From: Antedon mediterranea
Lineage: Eukaryota; Animalia; Echinodermata
Assembly: GCF_964355755.1 (NCBI RefSeq)
Contig: NC_092673.1
Coordinates: 30,439,648 to 30,503,647 of the forward strand
Direction of reading: 5' to 3'
Length of the DNA: 64,000 nt
The position numbers and the translations under genes were made by a program. The notes under the pieces were generated by a model. It made no database searches and was not told the origin of the DNA. It saw nothing but the letters and a program-made list of their open reading frames with translations. Shown here piece by piece: positions 46,257-61,200 of this stretch. How positions within the stretch are numbered: position 1 is the first letter of the stretch; the number at the start of each line of letters is the position of its first letter.

Positions 46257-49200
46257 AAACACAACTAAAGTAATAATTAGAACATATTTATAAATGTTAC
46301 TGTTGAAGTAAACATAGCATACGGTACCTTCTTTTATTCTTGTGGTAACCGTCGCTGTGAGGGTGATAAAACCGTTTCTCACATCCACTGCTTCGACAGC
46401 AACTTCGAACACTGGAGATTTAAAAAAAAAGAAATTGTGTTGTGTAAAGAAAGTTTACATGAAAGTACGGAACAGGAAAAATGCAAACAATTCTCGGATA
46501 GAGGAATGACATAGCCTGCTTGAGCCCTTGAATAAGGTGCAGATTTTAAGAGTTGGATGAACACTTCAATCCATCCATATATATATAAACATAGATAAAC
46601 ATTATTCGTCAAAATGGAATATTTTAAAAAATTCTCATCCTAACGACAACAAGAAAGGATCCCGTTTCTTTTTTGGAAAAAGGGTCAGAGGAGAGACCAA
46701 GCAGTGGCCACCCATAATTCATTCTAGTGATTAATTGACCTCTCTTTCCACTTCCCGTGCCTACGTTTTGATAATGAAATGGAAATAAACACTTTTACCA
46801 TAATCGATTCCACTCCGTTCACTACAAGACTCTTTATACAGCTTAAAACGCGACGCACGGTTTTTTCTAGATCTTCCACACATCGGGCAAGGACCTATTC
46901 AATAACAAAGATAATGACGTAATATTAATAATAATTCAGCTGCATTTACACTTGTTCCGTTTTACGAAACGGAAGACGGCACCGTGTTGGTATGGAAAAT
47001 CATATAAAATAATTAAACGGCGCGGTCGTACATTCTGTGAAACGGACAGAATGTAGCTTTATAATTAATGTTACTTTATAATTAATGTTACATACTGTAT
47101 AACAATACTATTTGAAATAAAATTAAAATATTAACAAGACCTGTTTGATTGATGATGATTGATGTAAGCAGGCTATCACCGGTTTTTACGCTGCAGTTAT
47201 AATTCATGATTAAATTGTATCAAGTGGGTTTACGTTAGTTTGATTATTATATGGTCGTATGGTAGTACAATTTAGAAAAACAATATGGGGAGCCGTTTGT
47301 GACAACGTTGGAAAACAAATACAGAAGTTACCTGCGGTACAGACACAAACATCGCCCTCACACGCTTCCTTCCACTCAGTTTGATCGTCGTCACGTGGGT
47401 TGTAATATGTTGTGCATTTTGTCTCTGTATGAAAAATGTCAAACATTATTTTCAACTAGATAACTATTGAAATAATGAATACATGCATTATGATCAGAAT
47501 ACTAAGTTTAATTTTGTCTGGGAAGTCGTCCTACCTGGGAAATTGTGATCATAAACTGTGATGCTAGCTGACTGGTCATTAACCGTTACACTTGTTTGCT
47601 CAACATTAAATGGTAGTGTTGTTAGTTCTGTTGTCAACTGCAAACAAAAACAAAACAAACAAAAGCACAATGTTCAACTCTAAATTAAAAACAAAATATG
47701 TAACGTAAAGGAAAGGATCCGCAGCGATCATCTCAGCAGTGCAAAGAGTTAGTAAAAATAAAACATCTTCTAAAAAGACGTGCAATAATTCGATTTAAGC
47801 TTGAATCTGATTGAATAAAAATGAAGGTCTCTGATTGGCTTAGACCACACAAACTACACAAAGTAAAGAATGTTTGACGCGCTTAAAGCCGGTTTTCCAC
47901 TGGTATTCTAGGCCTACTAAAGTGTTCACTAATGCGAATGCGTATTAATATAAAAAGAAATAACTTACTTTTTCAAGATACAATGTAACCTTTCTGTCTG
48001 AAGTTACGTAGCGTTCTACAGGGTACTTGACAAATGCAACAAGCTATATGAAACAAAGTTATTGATAGTTCTAAAACTCTAAAAATATATACTAGAAAAA
48101 TAAATAAATACTCTAATTAAAATGATAAACTAAAATAATAAATACGTTTTATTAATTTATGTATCAGTGCCAAATCCGGAATTAGGTTAGTGGGGTTATT
48201 AGTGGGGTGACAGGTCCTACAAACTTATAAATTACATGCCCTTACATTATCCAAGGTGCTTTTTACTGGAGTAAAACCTGCAAGCAAACCAACTTCAACA
48301 ATCACTGTTTTTTCAGGCATTTCAAATTGATACCTACTGTAATAGATATTATATAGTTATTAAATAAAATATATTACTCTTTATTTTACAGTATACAGTA
48401 CGTATAGTCTAGGTTTTAGACGGCAATTCTGTTTAATATTGGTAAAACATTGTTGCATGTCATACGTATACTGGACAAAAATAAAAACGACCGTTGGTGC
48501 CCGTACAGTAATACACAACACAATAACTATAGACTATATCTTGTTGTCACCAGGCGTGACGTAAAGACGTCGAATACGGGCAACGCAAGAAATTGACCAA
48601 TCAAGACGCGAATCCATCGCATCGTGATTTGTCAACTCACATGCGTTGCACCTACCGTACTTGGGGTAATCCGTAAATGTAGGAACACAGTCATCAAAGC
48701 AAATTGTTGAATCAAAGACTCAAAGTGGTTGCAAATGTTGGTAGAGTATAGTAAACAATGCAAGTTCAGATTTATACTTAAATAACTTACTTAACAGTAA
48801 CATCCAGTCTATACAACTTGTTCTCAGCTCCCGCTTCAGCTTCTAACTCTATCATTTGGGCAAATATAAAAAATGCACACTCTTCTCCTGGTGTATCAGC
48901 TTGACTGTTGTAAATAACCTCAACCTAAACATTATTATATATTTATAATATTATTATAAGGAAATTTAAAGTAATAAATTATATTTTATACACAGCACAA
49001 GTACTTTCTTTTAACTAAGGATGTGGTATATAATGTGGGTAGATTTCAGAGTAACAGAAGTGTTAGGATGAATGGTATATTGTTTCTACAGGTAATTAAA
49101 AAGTGAATGTTAGTCAAGGGAGACACTTTATCAAAGTTCCAACCACAGTAATTGACAATATATTTCTATAGACCAACGGGCCACAAAAATGTAGGATAGG

Positions 49201-52200
49201 CTAATTTCTAATTGGCAACCAATGGGAATTCAGAGTGTTTTAATTGGTTACTAAGATGCATACTAGCACACCTCATTGTTAAATTAGCCGTTCAATAGTT
49301 GTACAAACTTTTCAATCTTGTGGATATATTACTGTGGATATATTACTGTGGATATATTACTGTGGATATATTACTGTGGATATATACTTTGTGGATATAT
49401 ATTACTTTGAATCTCAGTACGATCAATTTTCCATATCATAGCCTTTGTTCTAGGAATCGTTCAACCTTCATCAAAACGTTCATCGATTTTTACAACTGTT
49501 TATGGTATCATTTTTTGTTTATTGTGCGTATTTAGTACACTTCAAGCGAACCTGTAATCAATTTATTTGAGACACAATTTCATTTATTATTCTTCAACGG
49601 CAGTTTTCATTAATTTTACTGATATTATTAAAATGGCTCCAACAAGAAGCAAACGCTCAACGCCGTATGATAAGGGAGTTTCTAAAAATAGGCAGGCATG
49701 ATATATAGACAGACGGTCAGGCTAGTTTCCATAAACGTCACAGGATTTAATTAGGGCTCCATCATTGTAATAGTGCACCAACGTGAAGTGTGGGCTTGGC
49801 AGCTAGTAGTCAAATGTATCTTGTGAGTGGCCACCTAAATTATTATTAACAGCGAACACATTCTAGTACTGAAAAACTGAACCAACCGATTCTTAAATAA
49901 TGTTATTGAAATATAACAAATTATGTAAATGCAACGGCCGTAAACGGACATTTACTTATCTGGAGGTCGAAGGGTTTTCGGTTATGAGAGGTTTATTTTA
50001 TTCATCGACTTTCATGCTACTGAGTTAGATTGCCTGGGCGTTAGCAAACATGTTAACCCCCTTAAACCTCAGTACCAATACGAATGAAACGCCAACTCAT
50101 AATAATGTGTTATGAACCTCACAATTTTGAACCACGGCGTACCATTTTTAAACATTCTAGATTACCTGAGCCTGTGCAACACCTTCTCCCGAACATTCTA
50201 TAACAACTGAACCATTAATGGGACACTAAAGGAACAAAATGAATATAATTCAATCATCATCACATAATCATGTTAAAATACTGTAAAAAAGTATTATGTG
50301 CCCATAATTATGGTAGTGATATGCCTAAATATAATAGTGATATGACATCATCATGTCATTATTTCATTTATTCAATATATCGTAATCGCAGCACAAGGCT
50401 GCATTAAAACAATATTAACATGATAATGTCCACATCAAAAGGACAAATATCTAAAAATTTACAAATATAAAAATATAAAGGTGCAAAATTTAAGAATCTA
50501 TAAAAAATATACAAAATTGAAAATTTACAAAAGCAGTACAGAATCCATATTATGGGCACTTCATATTTGTTGTCGTTTGATAGTGTAGACCGAGCTTTGT
50601 TCTTTTCTTAAGTAATTCTTTCATTTTTTCTTTAACCGTATTGTCGTCAATTTCTTTATTCTCCTTGTATTGTAATTCTTTTAAATAAATTGTCAATTTT
50701 AATTCTTTTTCACTCACTGTTTTTTGTGGTAAACTGGTTATTTCGTCAATTTCTACAATCTCATCGTACTTGCTGGTTGATGTAGAAGACAATCCACACG
50801 TCAAATTAACAGAAACAGTTGAGGCTTTACTTGAATATGTAGCTAGTGCTTCGAAGGCAATTGCAGTGTACTATATATAAACAAAACATTCTTATTATAT
50901 TAGGAATATTTCAGTGTTATGTCAATTCACCATCATGCGCAGTTGGTACGTGATTGTTAGTTTCTAGGTCCAGACGATGACCGCTGACATCAATAGACAT
51001 GACCTAACTTGTAAGTCATCGGTCGTCGTTACAATTCAAAAGTTGCCATTAGAAAAATAGAAGAGAAGTGGATGCAAAATATGTACAGTATAAAGAAAGG
51101 TTGCACACGCACACACGCACCCACACACACACAAACAAACCAAAAACAAAATACTAACGGATGTAGAACTGTACCCGCGTTTGAAGTCTCCGTGTTCCGT
51201 CAGCCAATTCACCATACCGTTTGCATACGTAATCTCATTCCTGTGGACAGCAGTCAACAACGCATAGCTTGTTGCTTCGACCGTCAGTGCCTTTAAGTGC
51301 ATAGTAAAGTGACGTAGGCCCTTAATTGGATCAAACAAGGCGTCTTCTCTCACTCTGTTCCATATTTCATCTTTAAATGGACTGTTTACCACATTCAATG
51401 CGTATGCTACGACTGTACGATGGTAAACTGTTTCTAAAGTATTGAAATTGGCCTCAAGGTACGCAATAGTTTTTGCAAGTATGTCATCATAATTCTACAA
51501 AATGAAAAGTACTTGTTTAAACATTTCTGGCTAGTATATGTCTACACTGTGTAGTGGCCGTAACCTGCGTTCATGGAACTGTGCTTTCGAAGTGACCTAG
51601 TGCCTCCAGTCCCAACGAAGATAATACTAATGTTAGGTTGATACATACCACAAGACAAACAACTGGTTTATTCTCTAAGTTTTCTGGATTGTATTTTACT
51701 AAAGTTGTGACCACAAATGCTGTCATCATCGTCGTTTCGCCACTGATTCCAACCTAGAATTAATAATAAGTTATTATGAATTTAACTCTGTAATTTATAA
51801 ACTTACTGTACATAAGGCAGCCGATACAAAAACATTAAAGTACTACAAACTATACTGTATGGAATTAGTAATGCATCTTTCTTCAGGATTTTTCCCCTAT
51901 GTACTGACTGGTCGTGGAAGAGTGAGAGGAAAATAGCATTAGCATGAATAATGTTTACTCTTTCTAGACAATGATGTTTACCCCAATGCATTACAATACA
52001 GAATCTGTAGAAATTTCTACATTCTTTTTACACTTACGGCCATGTCGCGATACACAACTGAGTTTCCTTCGTAGAATATGCCCTGGTTTGCATCCCTTCC
52101 AGATTCCTTGTATCTCGTTTCAAAAAATTTAAACGCGTTGCATAGTACATTATTGTCAACACTTCTTCCAAGTACAATCATATTGTAGAAAGCTTTAACT

Positions 52201-55200
52201 GTGTAAGCCGTCAGCCTATTGAAAAATAACAATATGCTAGTTTAGTCATTTTTTTGTCATCTTGATAATATCTTTGGATTCAAAAATATGGTCCTTACCT
52301 TTAACTATACCTCTTAAAGTCGTTTTACCTGTAAAATGTGTAAGATGTTTCGTGAAAGTAAGTTATTTAACATGACATTGTATGTAATAAATGGGTGTCT
52401 TTCTTTTAATGTCTTATAAAATGGACGCGACTTGATAGTAATTCCTTTTTGATATACTGTAGAGATATAATAATACCCACCAAGTACTGCCAGGTCTACG
52501 ATCTCCCCACGCTGAAAATGACCCGTCATCCGTTCTCTGATAGGTGATCATTCTCTCGTAACCTATTGTAAGGTACTTATAATCTTTATTAAATTCACAT
52601 AAACTGTAAAAGAAGACCGCGAACGACACTACCAGAAACACTTAATAACGACCAAAAACCCTCTAGCTTGAAAATGTGGTTAAAATAAAAGCAATTCTAC
52701 AAAAAGAACTGAATTGATAGATCTTGCAAGGTATATCTCCAGGGCAACACAGGCGGATACGTACGTACATGGGCTTCTGGGTGAATAGATTGTACATAAG
52801 TAAACTGGTTGAATGAATAATTAAAAATTACATACCTTTGTCAACATTCAAAAAGCCGTCAGCTTTAATCTGAGCAGTGACTTGATTTGTTTTGTCCAAG
52901 TATAACATTGTGTAGACATTAGCAGACATAAACATCATTGTAGTTTCACCATCTCCGACTGGCTTACGGATTAATGCGTTAGGGTCTAGGTCTTCAATTA
53001 CTGAACTAACAGTAGGTGTCATCATACCTGTAATATAACATACGGTAGTACAGTAATGTTAGGTCTTAATGACAACAATACTCGAATTGCCAAGAAGTTG
53101 AGGCAATGCAAGGACTCCGCATCATTGTTCTGATGGTTGGCAGGAAGTCTTACCGGATAAGGACTTCAAACGGGAGGTCTAGTGTATTTATATTTGGCTC
53201 GTGTGCACTAAGGACCCGCTGCATCTTTCTGAATAAAGTAGTACTTGTCCAACCTCATTCTTCATCCTGTCGCCGTGGAAAGACGATGATGAAAGAAACT
53301 GTTGCAAAGGTTTATATTTTATAACACATATTCATAACAACTTTATACACAAATCTACCATTTAAAATCAAATTCTTTGCGTTTCCTTTTTGCATTATGT
53401 CGATTAGCACAAAAATAATTAATCTTACGTCGTCTGGAAGCCAATAATGACGAATGTTTTAAACGGCGCCCCGTATTTTATATATTTGCTGTATTAACTT
53501 ACCAGATAATGTGATGAAACATTGTTCTGTTCCTGGTATTGCATTTGAGTCAATAATTGATATATTGACGGTGTCCTTCTGTAAACTATTTTCATAATCA
53601 GTGAATGCTATACATAATATAAATTTTTATTTTTATAATGAATGATATATGTAATATAATTTTAATCTTTACATTATACAAATGTTACGACATAGTGAGC
53701 TCAAATAAAAAAAAAAACACCTTGAAACATGGCCTAAAGTTAATAATTTTCAAATTGTTTAATCCCAAATAGCTTTACATGCACAATTTGAGCTACATCC
53801 GGACCAGCAAAATTAGGACAGGATTGTGCTTATGGATTCACTCCTAAACTATCCCTCACAAACAGAATTTTGACGGTCCGAACATATCTGACAATTTCAG
53901 ATTGTGAAAAAACTGCGCAATGAAATCATTCCCTAGCTTTGATCAACACTTTTTAATAAAAAAAAAGTAAAAACATTTTATGGAAATGATGACATCAGAT
54001 ACTAACTTTCTATAATTTGGAATTCGTTATCCAACGGTTGATCAGGTTCTTCTACCTCTCCAGCTTCTGCTTCATTTGCACGTGACCCAGTAGGATCGAT
54101 CAACAATACTTTAGAATGGTACCTTTCAACTCCTTCAGGCTGTCATGTTAAAAAGTTTATATACAGTATCATACCAGGTTAGAGTTAAATTAATTTAACT
54201 TTTCCCTGATCATACATATTCACAACAAATGTGTGTTCATTTTTCAGTATATCTATTTCCTGTACTCTATATATATAGTACAGCAATGCATTATATAATT
54301 TGAATATAAGCAACTTACCACAACCAAAATTTGTTTCCGGATTCCGTCAATTCCGGAAGAGGAGAAAACTTCGATTTCAATTTCATGGCTGCCAACATTA
54401 AATGGCGTAATGTTGAAATATGTGGTTTTTTGGTCGTTCTTTTGTATAGTCAACTTGTTCTTAGGTCCCCTTTCTTCAGAAAGACTTTCGTAGCAAAAGT
54501 TCCCGGCACCATACATATACACATTTGCCTTCAAATAATAAGGTAAGTAAGGTAAGGTAAGTAAGGTAAGGTAAGTAAGGTAAGGTAAGTAAGGTAAGGT
54601 AAGTAAGGTAAGTAAGGTAAGGTAAGGTAAGTAAGGTAAGGTAAGTAAGGTAAGGTAAGTAAGGTAAGGTAAGTAAGGTAAGGTAAGTAAGGTAAGGTAA
54701 GTAAGGTAAGGTAAGTAAGGTAAGGTAAGTAAGGTAAGGTAAGTAAGGTAAGGTAAGTAAGGTAAGGTAAGTAAGGTAAGGTAAGTAAGGTAAGGTAAGT
54801 AAGGTAAGGTAAGTAAGGTAAGGTAAGTAAGGTAAGGTAAGTAAGGTAAGGTAAGTAAGGTAAGGTAAGTAAGGTAAGGTAAGTAAGGTAAGGTAAGTAA
54901 GGTAAGGTAAGTAAGGTAAGGTAAGTAAGGTAAGGTAAGTAAGGTAAGGTAAGTAAGGTAAGGTAAGTAAGGTAAGGTAAGTAAGGTAAGGTAAGGTAAG
55001 TAAGGTAAGGTAAGTAAGGTAAGGTAAGTAAGGTAAGGTAAGTAAGGTAAGGTAAGTAAGGTAAGGTAAGTAAGGTAAGGTAAGTAAGGTAAGGTAAGTA
55101 AGGTAAGGTAAGTAAGGTAAGGTAAGTAAGGTAAGGTAAGTAAGGTAAGGTAAGTAAGGTAAGGTAAGTAAGGTAAGGTAAGTAAGGTAAGGTAAGTAAG

Positions 55201-58200
55201 GTAAGTCCCTTATTCATTTCTGAACGTAGGGTAATGAGCTTTAGGAGTTCATTAAAAAAAATTAATAAAAGAAGAAATAATTTGTTTAAAAGGGTTTAAT
55301 AAATATTATTATTTTATAAATATATAAAATAAGTCTATATTTGTAGGCCTAATGTAATGTAAGTCATACAGTTTTTACTCGCCTCGAAAACGTTTATAGG
55401 AATGTATTTTATTAGAAAACACCTATTTGGTTGAAAAATTATGTTATGAGTTAACATAAAAGAGAGAGAAAAAAATACATTAAAATATGATATGTATCAA
55501 TTATAAGAGAAAATGATGGTAAATAATGATAATGAATAGAGAAAAGATTACAACAACAATTAAAATCATATAAAACTGACTATGAACCAATGTGTACAAA
55601 TTAATATAGGCCTACAGTATTTATATAAAAATGTATATGATGGAAATAAAAGTGGGATGAACCCACATAAGACAAAAAAGAAAACACCTATTTGTGCCGT
55701 TGCATCACACTGGTAACGAATCTTTAAATTCGGCTACAAGTTATATAACTTTAAAATACTAACAGTTATGTCTTCACTTCCGTAGTTAAACACAGTAGCC
55801 TGAACTTGTGTCTGTTCGCCTCTGACCATTGAATACGGCATCTTCAGCTGTAAAAACACATCTTTTGAAACAGCAATCTCCTTTTCGTCTGCTACACACA
55901 TTCCCATTGCAGCGGACAATGATGAAGCCTGTACAATCCAGTTGGTGATACTGTCAGGCACGGCGAAGGTTACGTTCCTCTTGCCGTTATCACTAAAAAA
56001 ATAAGAAATGTTACACAGATTTGATTAATATTGCAATAAATGTGTTCCTAATTCTGATACGATACTTACGGAATATTAAGTTGTTCAAAAATCCATGTTT
56101 CTGGGAAATTTCTTCTGACGCTGACTTCAAAACTGTTATCGATCTCTGTCTCATCACCATCAACCCGACCTGTAAAAGAATAAAACAACATTTATGCAGA
56201 TCACTAATTCGTTGAAAAAATTCTTCATCCATCATTTATATAAGCCTAGTTACTTATATGTTTATATTTCCTTTTAAATTCCTTTCCTAAAGCTTGAAAA
56301 CACCGTTTATTAATATATTTTAAAACGACACAAAACAAACGTCGTTTACGATACGAACAAAATTGGTCAATGTCAAACTTGTTAATGTTTATTTTTATGT
56401 TTAGTACTTCGTACGAAAACTATTAGATTGACTCCATACTTTAATCATTGTTTTTCTCTTCCTACCTACTTTATTTTACCATCTGCCGTTCATTCTTATT
56501 TAGATTGTTCTTTCGCTTTATATATCAATAAAGTCGGTTTTCCACTTGGCGAATCGAAAGCGTCAGCATAATTACATTCAATTCTGGGGGAGTTTTGGAT
56601 AGCTTCATGAAACTTTTCCAAATAAGAATGGGTAGGCCCAGTGCAATTGTAGTGCCAAAGGGAAGTAAAACCGAGAAAGCAAATGAAACTCACCGTCTGA
56701 TGCTCGTCTTCGGCGTCTTTGTGACATCGTTGGACATTCATACCCTAAATTGTTGTAGAGATATTTTTTTTAATATACTAAACATTATATTTGTATAGAT
56801 TTAATGAATATGTGAGGCGTTTATACTGAATTTACTACTTTATCCGAATTGTTTTGCTACATATGATTATGGCATTTATTTCACAAGATTTCCTTTTTCT
56901 TAAACAATTGGATTCCATTCTAAAATACAGTAACATAATAATAGTAAGTTGCATTTCTGTACCTATTCGGACATCTGTTTCATGGAAGTTCCTATACAAA
57001 TTAACATCCGTCATGGCAACCAACCCGGCATTTTCAAATACTTCTTTACCATTTGCACCGCCGCCTGGTCCACAACCTAGATCAAGTGTTGCCATTCGTT
57101 GAAACACCTACATATTGAAAACAGATTGTTATAAAAGGCGTACTAATTTCTAAAATGCAATAAACCTATAACATGTTTAAACATAGACTCAATTAAGTTA
57201 TTGAACTAGAGGACCATTATAACCAAAACATGTTTATGCTCTGTATTAGTTGGCATTTGATGAAATAAATATTTGTTGAATTTCAACATACGAGGACCAT
57301 GAAAACTAACATTTAAACACAGAACCATGTGATCAAGGATTCGAACACAGAACGGGTATAAAGTCCATGGGAGCTAGCTCGCTACCTACGGTTTTAACAC
57401 AGGAAGATCATCGGAGAAAACATCCTAATACTGGAAGACCATCTGAACACAGGAAGACTGTTTGAGCTAGGACACAGGAATCTACAATATTAAACTTTAT
57501 GTGACAAAAATATGATGTGCCCATATATGGACACGTGACGTCATATCACTACCATGGGCACTTCACATTTTGTCAAAATAGTTTGATAGTGTAGACAGAG
57601 CTTGACATTTTGACAATTCAATCCACGTAACGTTTAAAAGCATTTCGATATCGCTCTATGGTGAGTCCAAGTTCACAAGCCGAGGGGACCGCTCATGCTT
57701 AGAAATTTACCCGGCTTTCATAAACTTTACCCGGGTTCATAAAATTTACCCGGGTTTCATAAACTTTACCCGGGGTAAACAACGGTGTAATATAATAGAC
57801 ATATTATTCAAACCTTTTTTCTTGTTAAACGGTGGATGTTCTTAAGAGAATATACAGCCTTGTCAACAGCTAACAGCGATACTGTACTCTGAGGTGAACC
57901 GGTAATTGTAAATATTGTATCTTGACCCGGTTTTAAAGTTGCATCATCCACATTAACAATTAACTATAAATCATAAAATACAGGTTTAGATCGTTTTTAA
58001 AATATAGAAACTAATGTTGTGTACAGTATAAAATAATTTTAGAACTATTTTTTTGTTATGTTTCCATTTTACCTCACCAGTAAAACGAACCAATAGGAAA
58101 TATTCCCTTCTTAAAATAAAGTTAGTATTATTTAAGGTTGTATACACGCATTGGCGCAGTAATTTATAGACCGACTAAAGAATTTGGAACCGAAATTGGG

Positions 58201-61200
58201 TTAAATTTAATTATTATTAATGATTTGTATTCAAATTCACATTTATTTACTCATCCTTTATAAATATGTATATGTATTCATTGAATAAAGATATCTTGTC
58301 CCCCTAAAATAATAATTCTTAGAATTATTTTTGTTTAATATGCCGTTTTAATGTCACATAGGTCCTAATAGTTATTCACTTTGGCAAAAAATTGGATAAA
58401 AAAATTATTTAATTTTAAAAATCGTCAAATTGGCCGCCACCCAATGGGTTTACTAACCATTTATTTTGTTATTTCATTTTTCTACGAAAGTGATTAACTT
58501 TATTAAATCTACAAAATAAACTATTCAAAATCTGATTTAATTAATCTTAATTTTTCATGTTTTTGGGGGACAATACATCTTTTAAATAAAGTAAACACAT
58601 TAGCAACCAAAGATGAATTGCTACATTTTTTTTATTAACAATTAAAAATATCAAACAAAATATAATAAAGTGCTAACCTGTGATTTACATTCTTCCACAA
58701 TATCCAATAATATCGAGTCCGCCACTACTTCATTATTTACTAAAGCATATACGACCAGTCTTGCACTAGGCGCCATATCTTTCGTTATATCGATACGAAT
58801 TGTCTTCTTAGCTCCAAGTTTAAAATCAAGATCTGAAAAGTGTTGTACAATTTTCCCTCTAACTACCACCTAGTATTTTAGGAGAGAAAGATATTTATCT
58901 TGATATGTATTTTTCTATTAAGGAAACAAGAACTATGTAATCCATGGTGGTAACCAAAGCAAATATCTAATCAAATAACGTACAATATAATTCAAACCAA
59001 ATACAGCAACTGTTCCAGACTTGACTACTTCTACTTCAAAGTTTTGGGTTTCCTAAAAAAAAAATAATCCGGCAAAGCAACTAGTTATATTAATATAGTA
59101 TGCTTAAACGAAACAGATGTACTCCGTGTATAATCGTAGATAAATTGTCCGCTCAATCTGTTTATGATTCCTACCAATTTTAGACATTGTTCGCCACTTC
59201 TCAGTATTTCTTATAAAATACTCCGGCAATCTTCGAAGATAAGGATAAGGATTTGGATAAGAACACGTTGTATTCACTTTAAATTCAATTTTCGGTTGGT
59301 TCGATTTGGCTGCCATAGCGATGTCGATCAAATTTGACTTAAATTTGAGTGTGGCCATAAATGGAATCTGCAAACATTATCCAGAATTTCCACATACATC
59401 CAAAATTTGACACAAGTTGCTCAGACTAGAAACGTGTATTAGCTTACCTTAATCTCACCAGGAGGTACTCTTATCTGTAAGTACGCACCACTTGCACTGT
59501 CTATTGGGTGAATAGTGAACTCGTAAAACCCATTTTCTGCTTCAGGAAAGTTGTTATCTAAAGTTTTAATCTAACATAATAAACCAAAGAAAAAGTCTTC
59601 TATTAACTTATTTTATATGACTTTATTTTACTAGTTTTTCATAAAAATGATATAGCCAGTTGATATCTTATTATGTGATAGACTGTGTTATCCACAACAG
59701 CCAATCCGAAGTTTTCCTGCTACTATAGCCTGGCCTTGTGTCCAGTCGTTAATAAGAGAGGGTAGTATATAATGTGAAAGTTGGGTTAGTTATTTAGTCG
59801 CACTTTCTTATACTGATCGAAGCGGCTGCGGTAGACTATAGGCGATCACGACATAACAATGATTAGTTAAACGAAACTTTATTAAACGATAAGTTATTTT
59901 TATGAACAATCATTTATTACTGAAACTTGATGAAATTGTTTTTCACATTTATATTACTTGTTAATAGACAAACGAATTATATTTTTTACAAAAAGTTGAG
60001 ACTCACTGTGACTCTAATTGACTCAGTATCTTGATTAACATCTACATGAAAATCTACTTGACCCAGGTCATTACTTGATCTTTCCAGTTGAAAATCTTTG
60101 TGCCCCGTGAGCTTCTTCCTAATGCCTTCCACACTGAAGCCATAAACGTCAATTTCAGTCAGGACTCCTACTCCTGGAGATCCATTGGAATGGAATAAAT
60201 CAATCTAAGAAACAAACACAATTGAGAAATATTTAATTTGCAGCAGGAATCATGCTGTCCAATAATTTTGCTTATAAGTAATTATGAAACACAAGGAATT
60301 CAGATCACATGCTTCTTTAAATAGTCTAGGTTAAAGACGGTGATGTGATACAGTATTTCTTATTCTTGGCGTACCATACTATTCTTTTGTTGAAATCTAG
60401 TTACGAACTGCAGCGCTCATATGAATATTTACAAAGTAAAGAGATGCAATATAGACGCAGAGAAGTTGTTGTGCTTTGTATATTATTTTCTTCTTTCCTC
60501 TTTTCCTTAACATATTTGTAGGAAATACATAATAATAAACTGAAAATAAAATCTAATAATTAAAATATTCTATTTCAAGCAATTCACAAATCATCTGAAA
60601 GAAAATGTACTCGTTTCTGGTAAAACATACCTTAACATCAAATGTTGTACCTTTCTTGAAGTGACTAACAGTTCGATCGTGTTTGAATGTATACACTCGT
60701 TCAACAAATTTAGCCCCACTGATCGTTGTATTCTCGCGATCTCCAGTTGATCTTTCGGTAACCACAGCTTCTATTTTCAGAGTAGCACCTTTGAATATGC
60801 TGAACCAGTTTTGGCCATATTTGGTATCAGGATCTATTGAAAAGGCAGCCGTTCCTTGTGCATTTAGCTAGCAAAAATTGTTTCGTAAAATGTGGTTATG
60901 TTTGTTTGGTATTATTTATTTATACTGGTCGACCTCTTTAGTCGTAGACTGGTTTCAGAGAGGTCCCAGTTTTTATCAGTGGCTGTGTGTACTAGTACAC
61001 TGGTGTAACCACCTACTCTTCTAGAAATATGCACTAGGTTCTTTAAACTGCTCATGAGCTAAATGTGTACATTGGATACGAATTATAGTCCTTATCCGAG
61101 AAGACTCGTTCTACCACCAAAACTATGGACCGAATGAGGCTCGAGTTTGCCATAAGTTCCATTGCCTCAACCGCTCGGCCACTTACAATGCAATAAATAT

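Noticed and set aside
50550-50717. Lys/Glu-rich coding extension of a gene 2 exon
   Set aside because: A perfect donor ACA|GTGAGT at 50718 gives a 153-nt exon matching gene 1's 156 nt, so the extension is intronic unless RNA-seq shows an alternative donor.
54531-55217. 228-aa ORF of [11 protein letters not shown] repeats
   Set aside because: It is the translation of the 14-bp satellite and lies in an intron.
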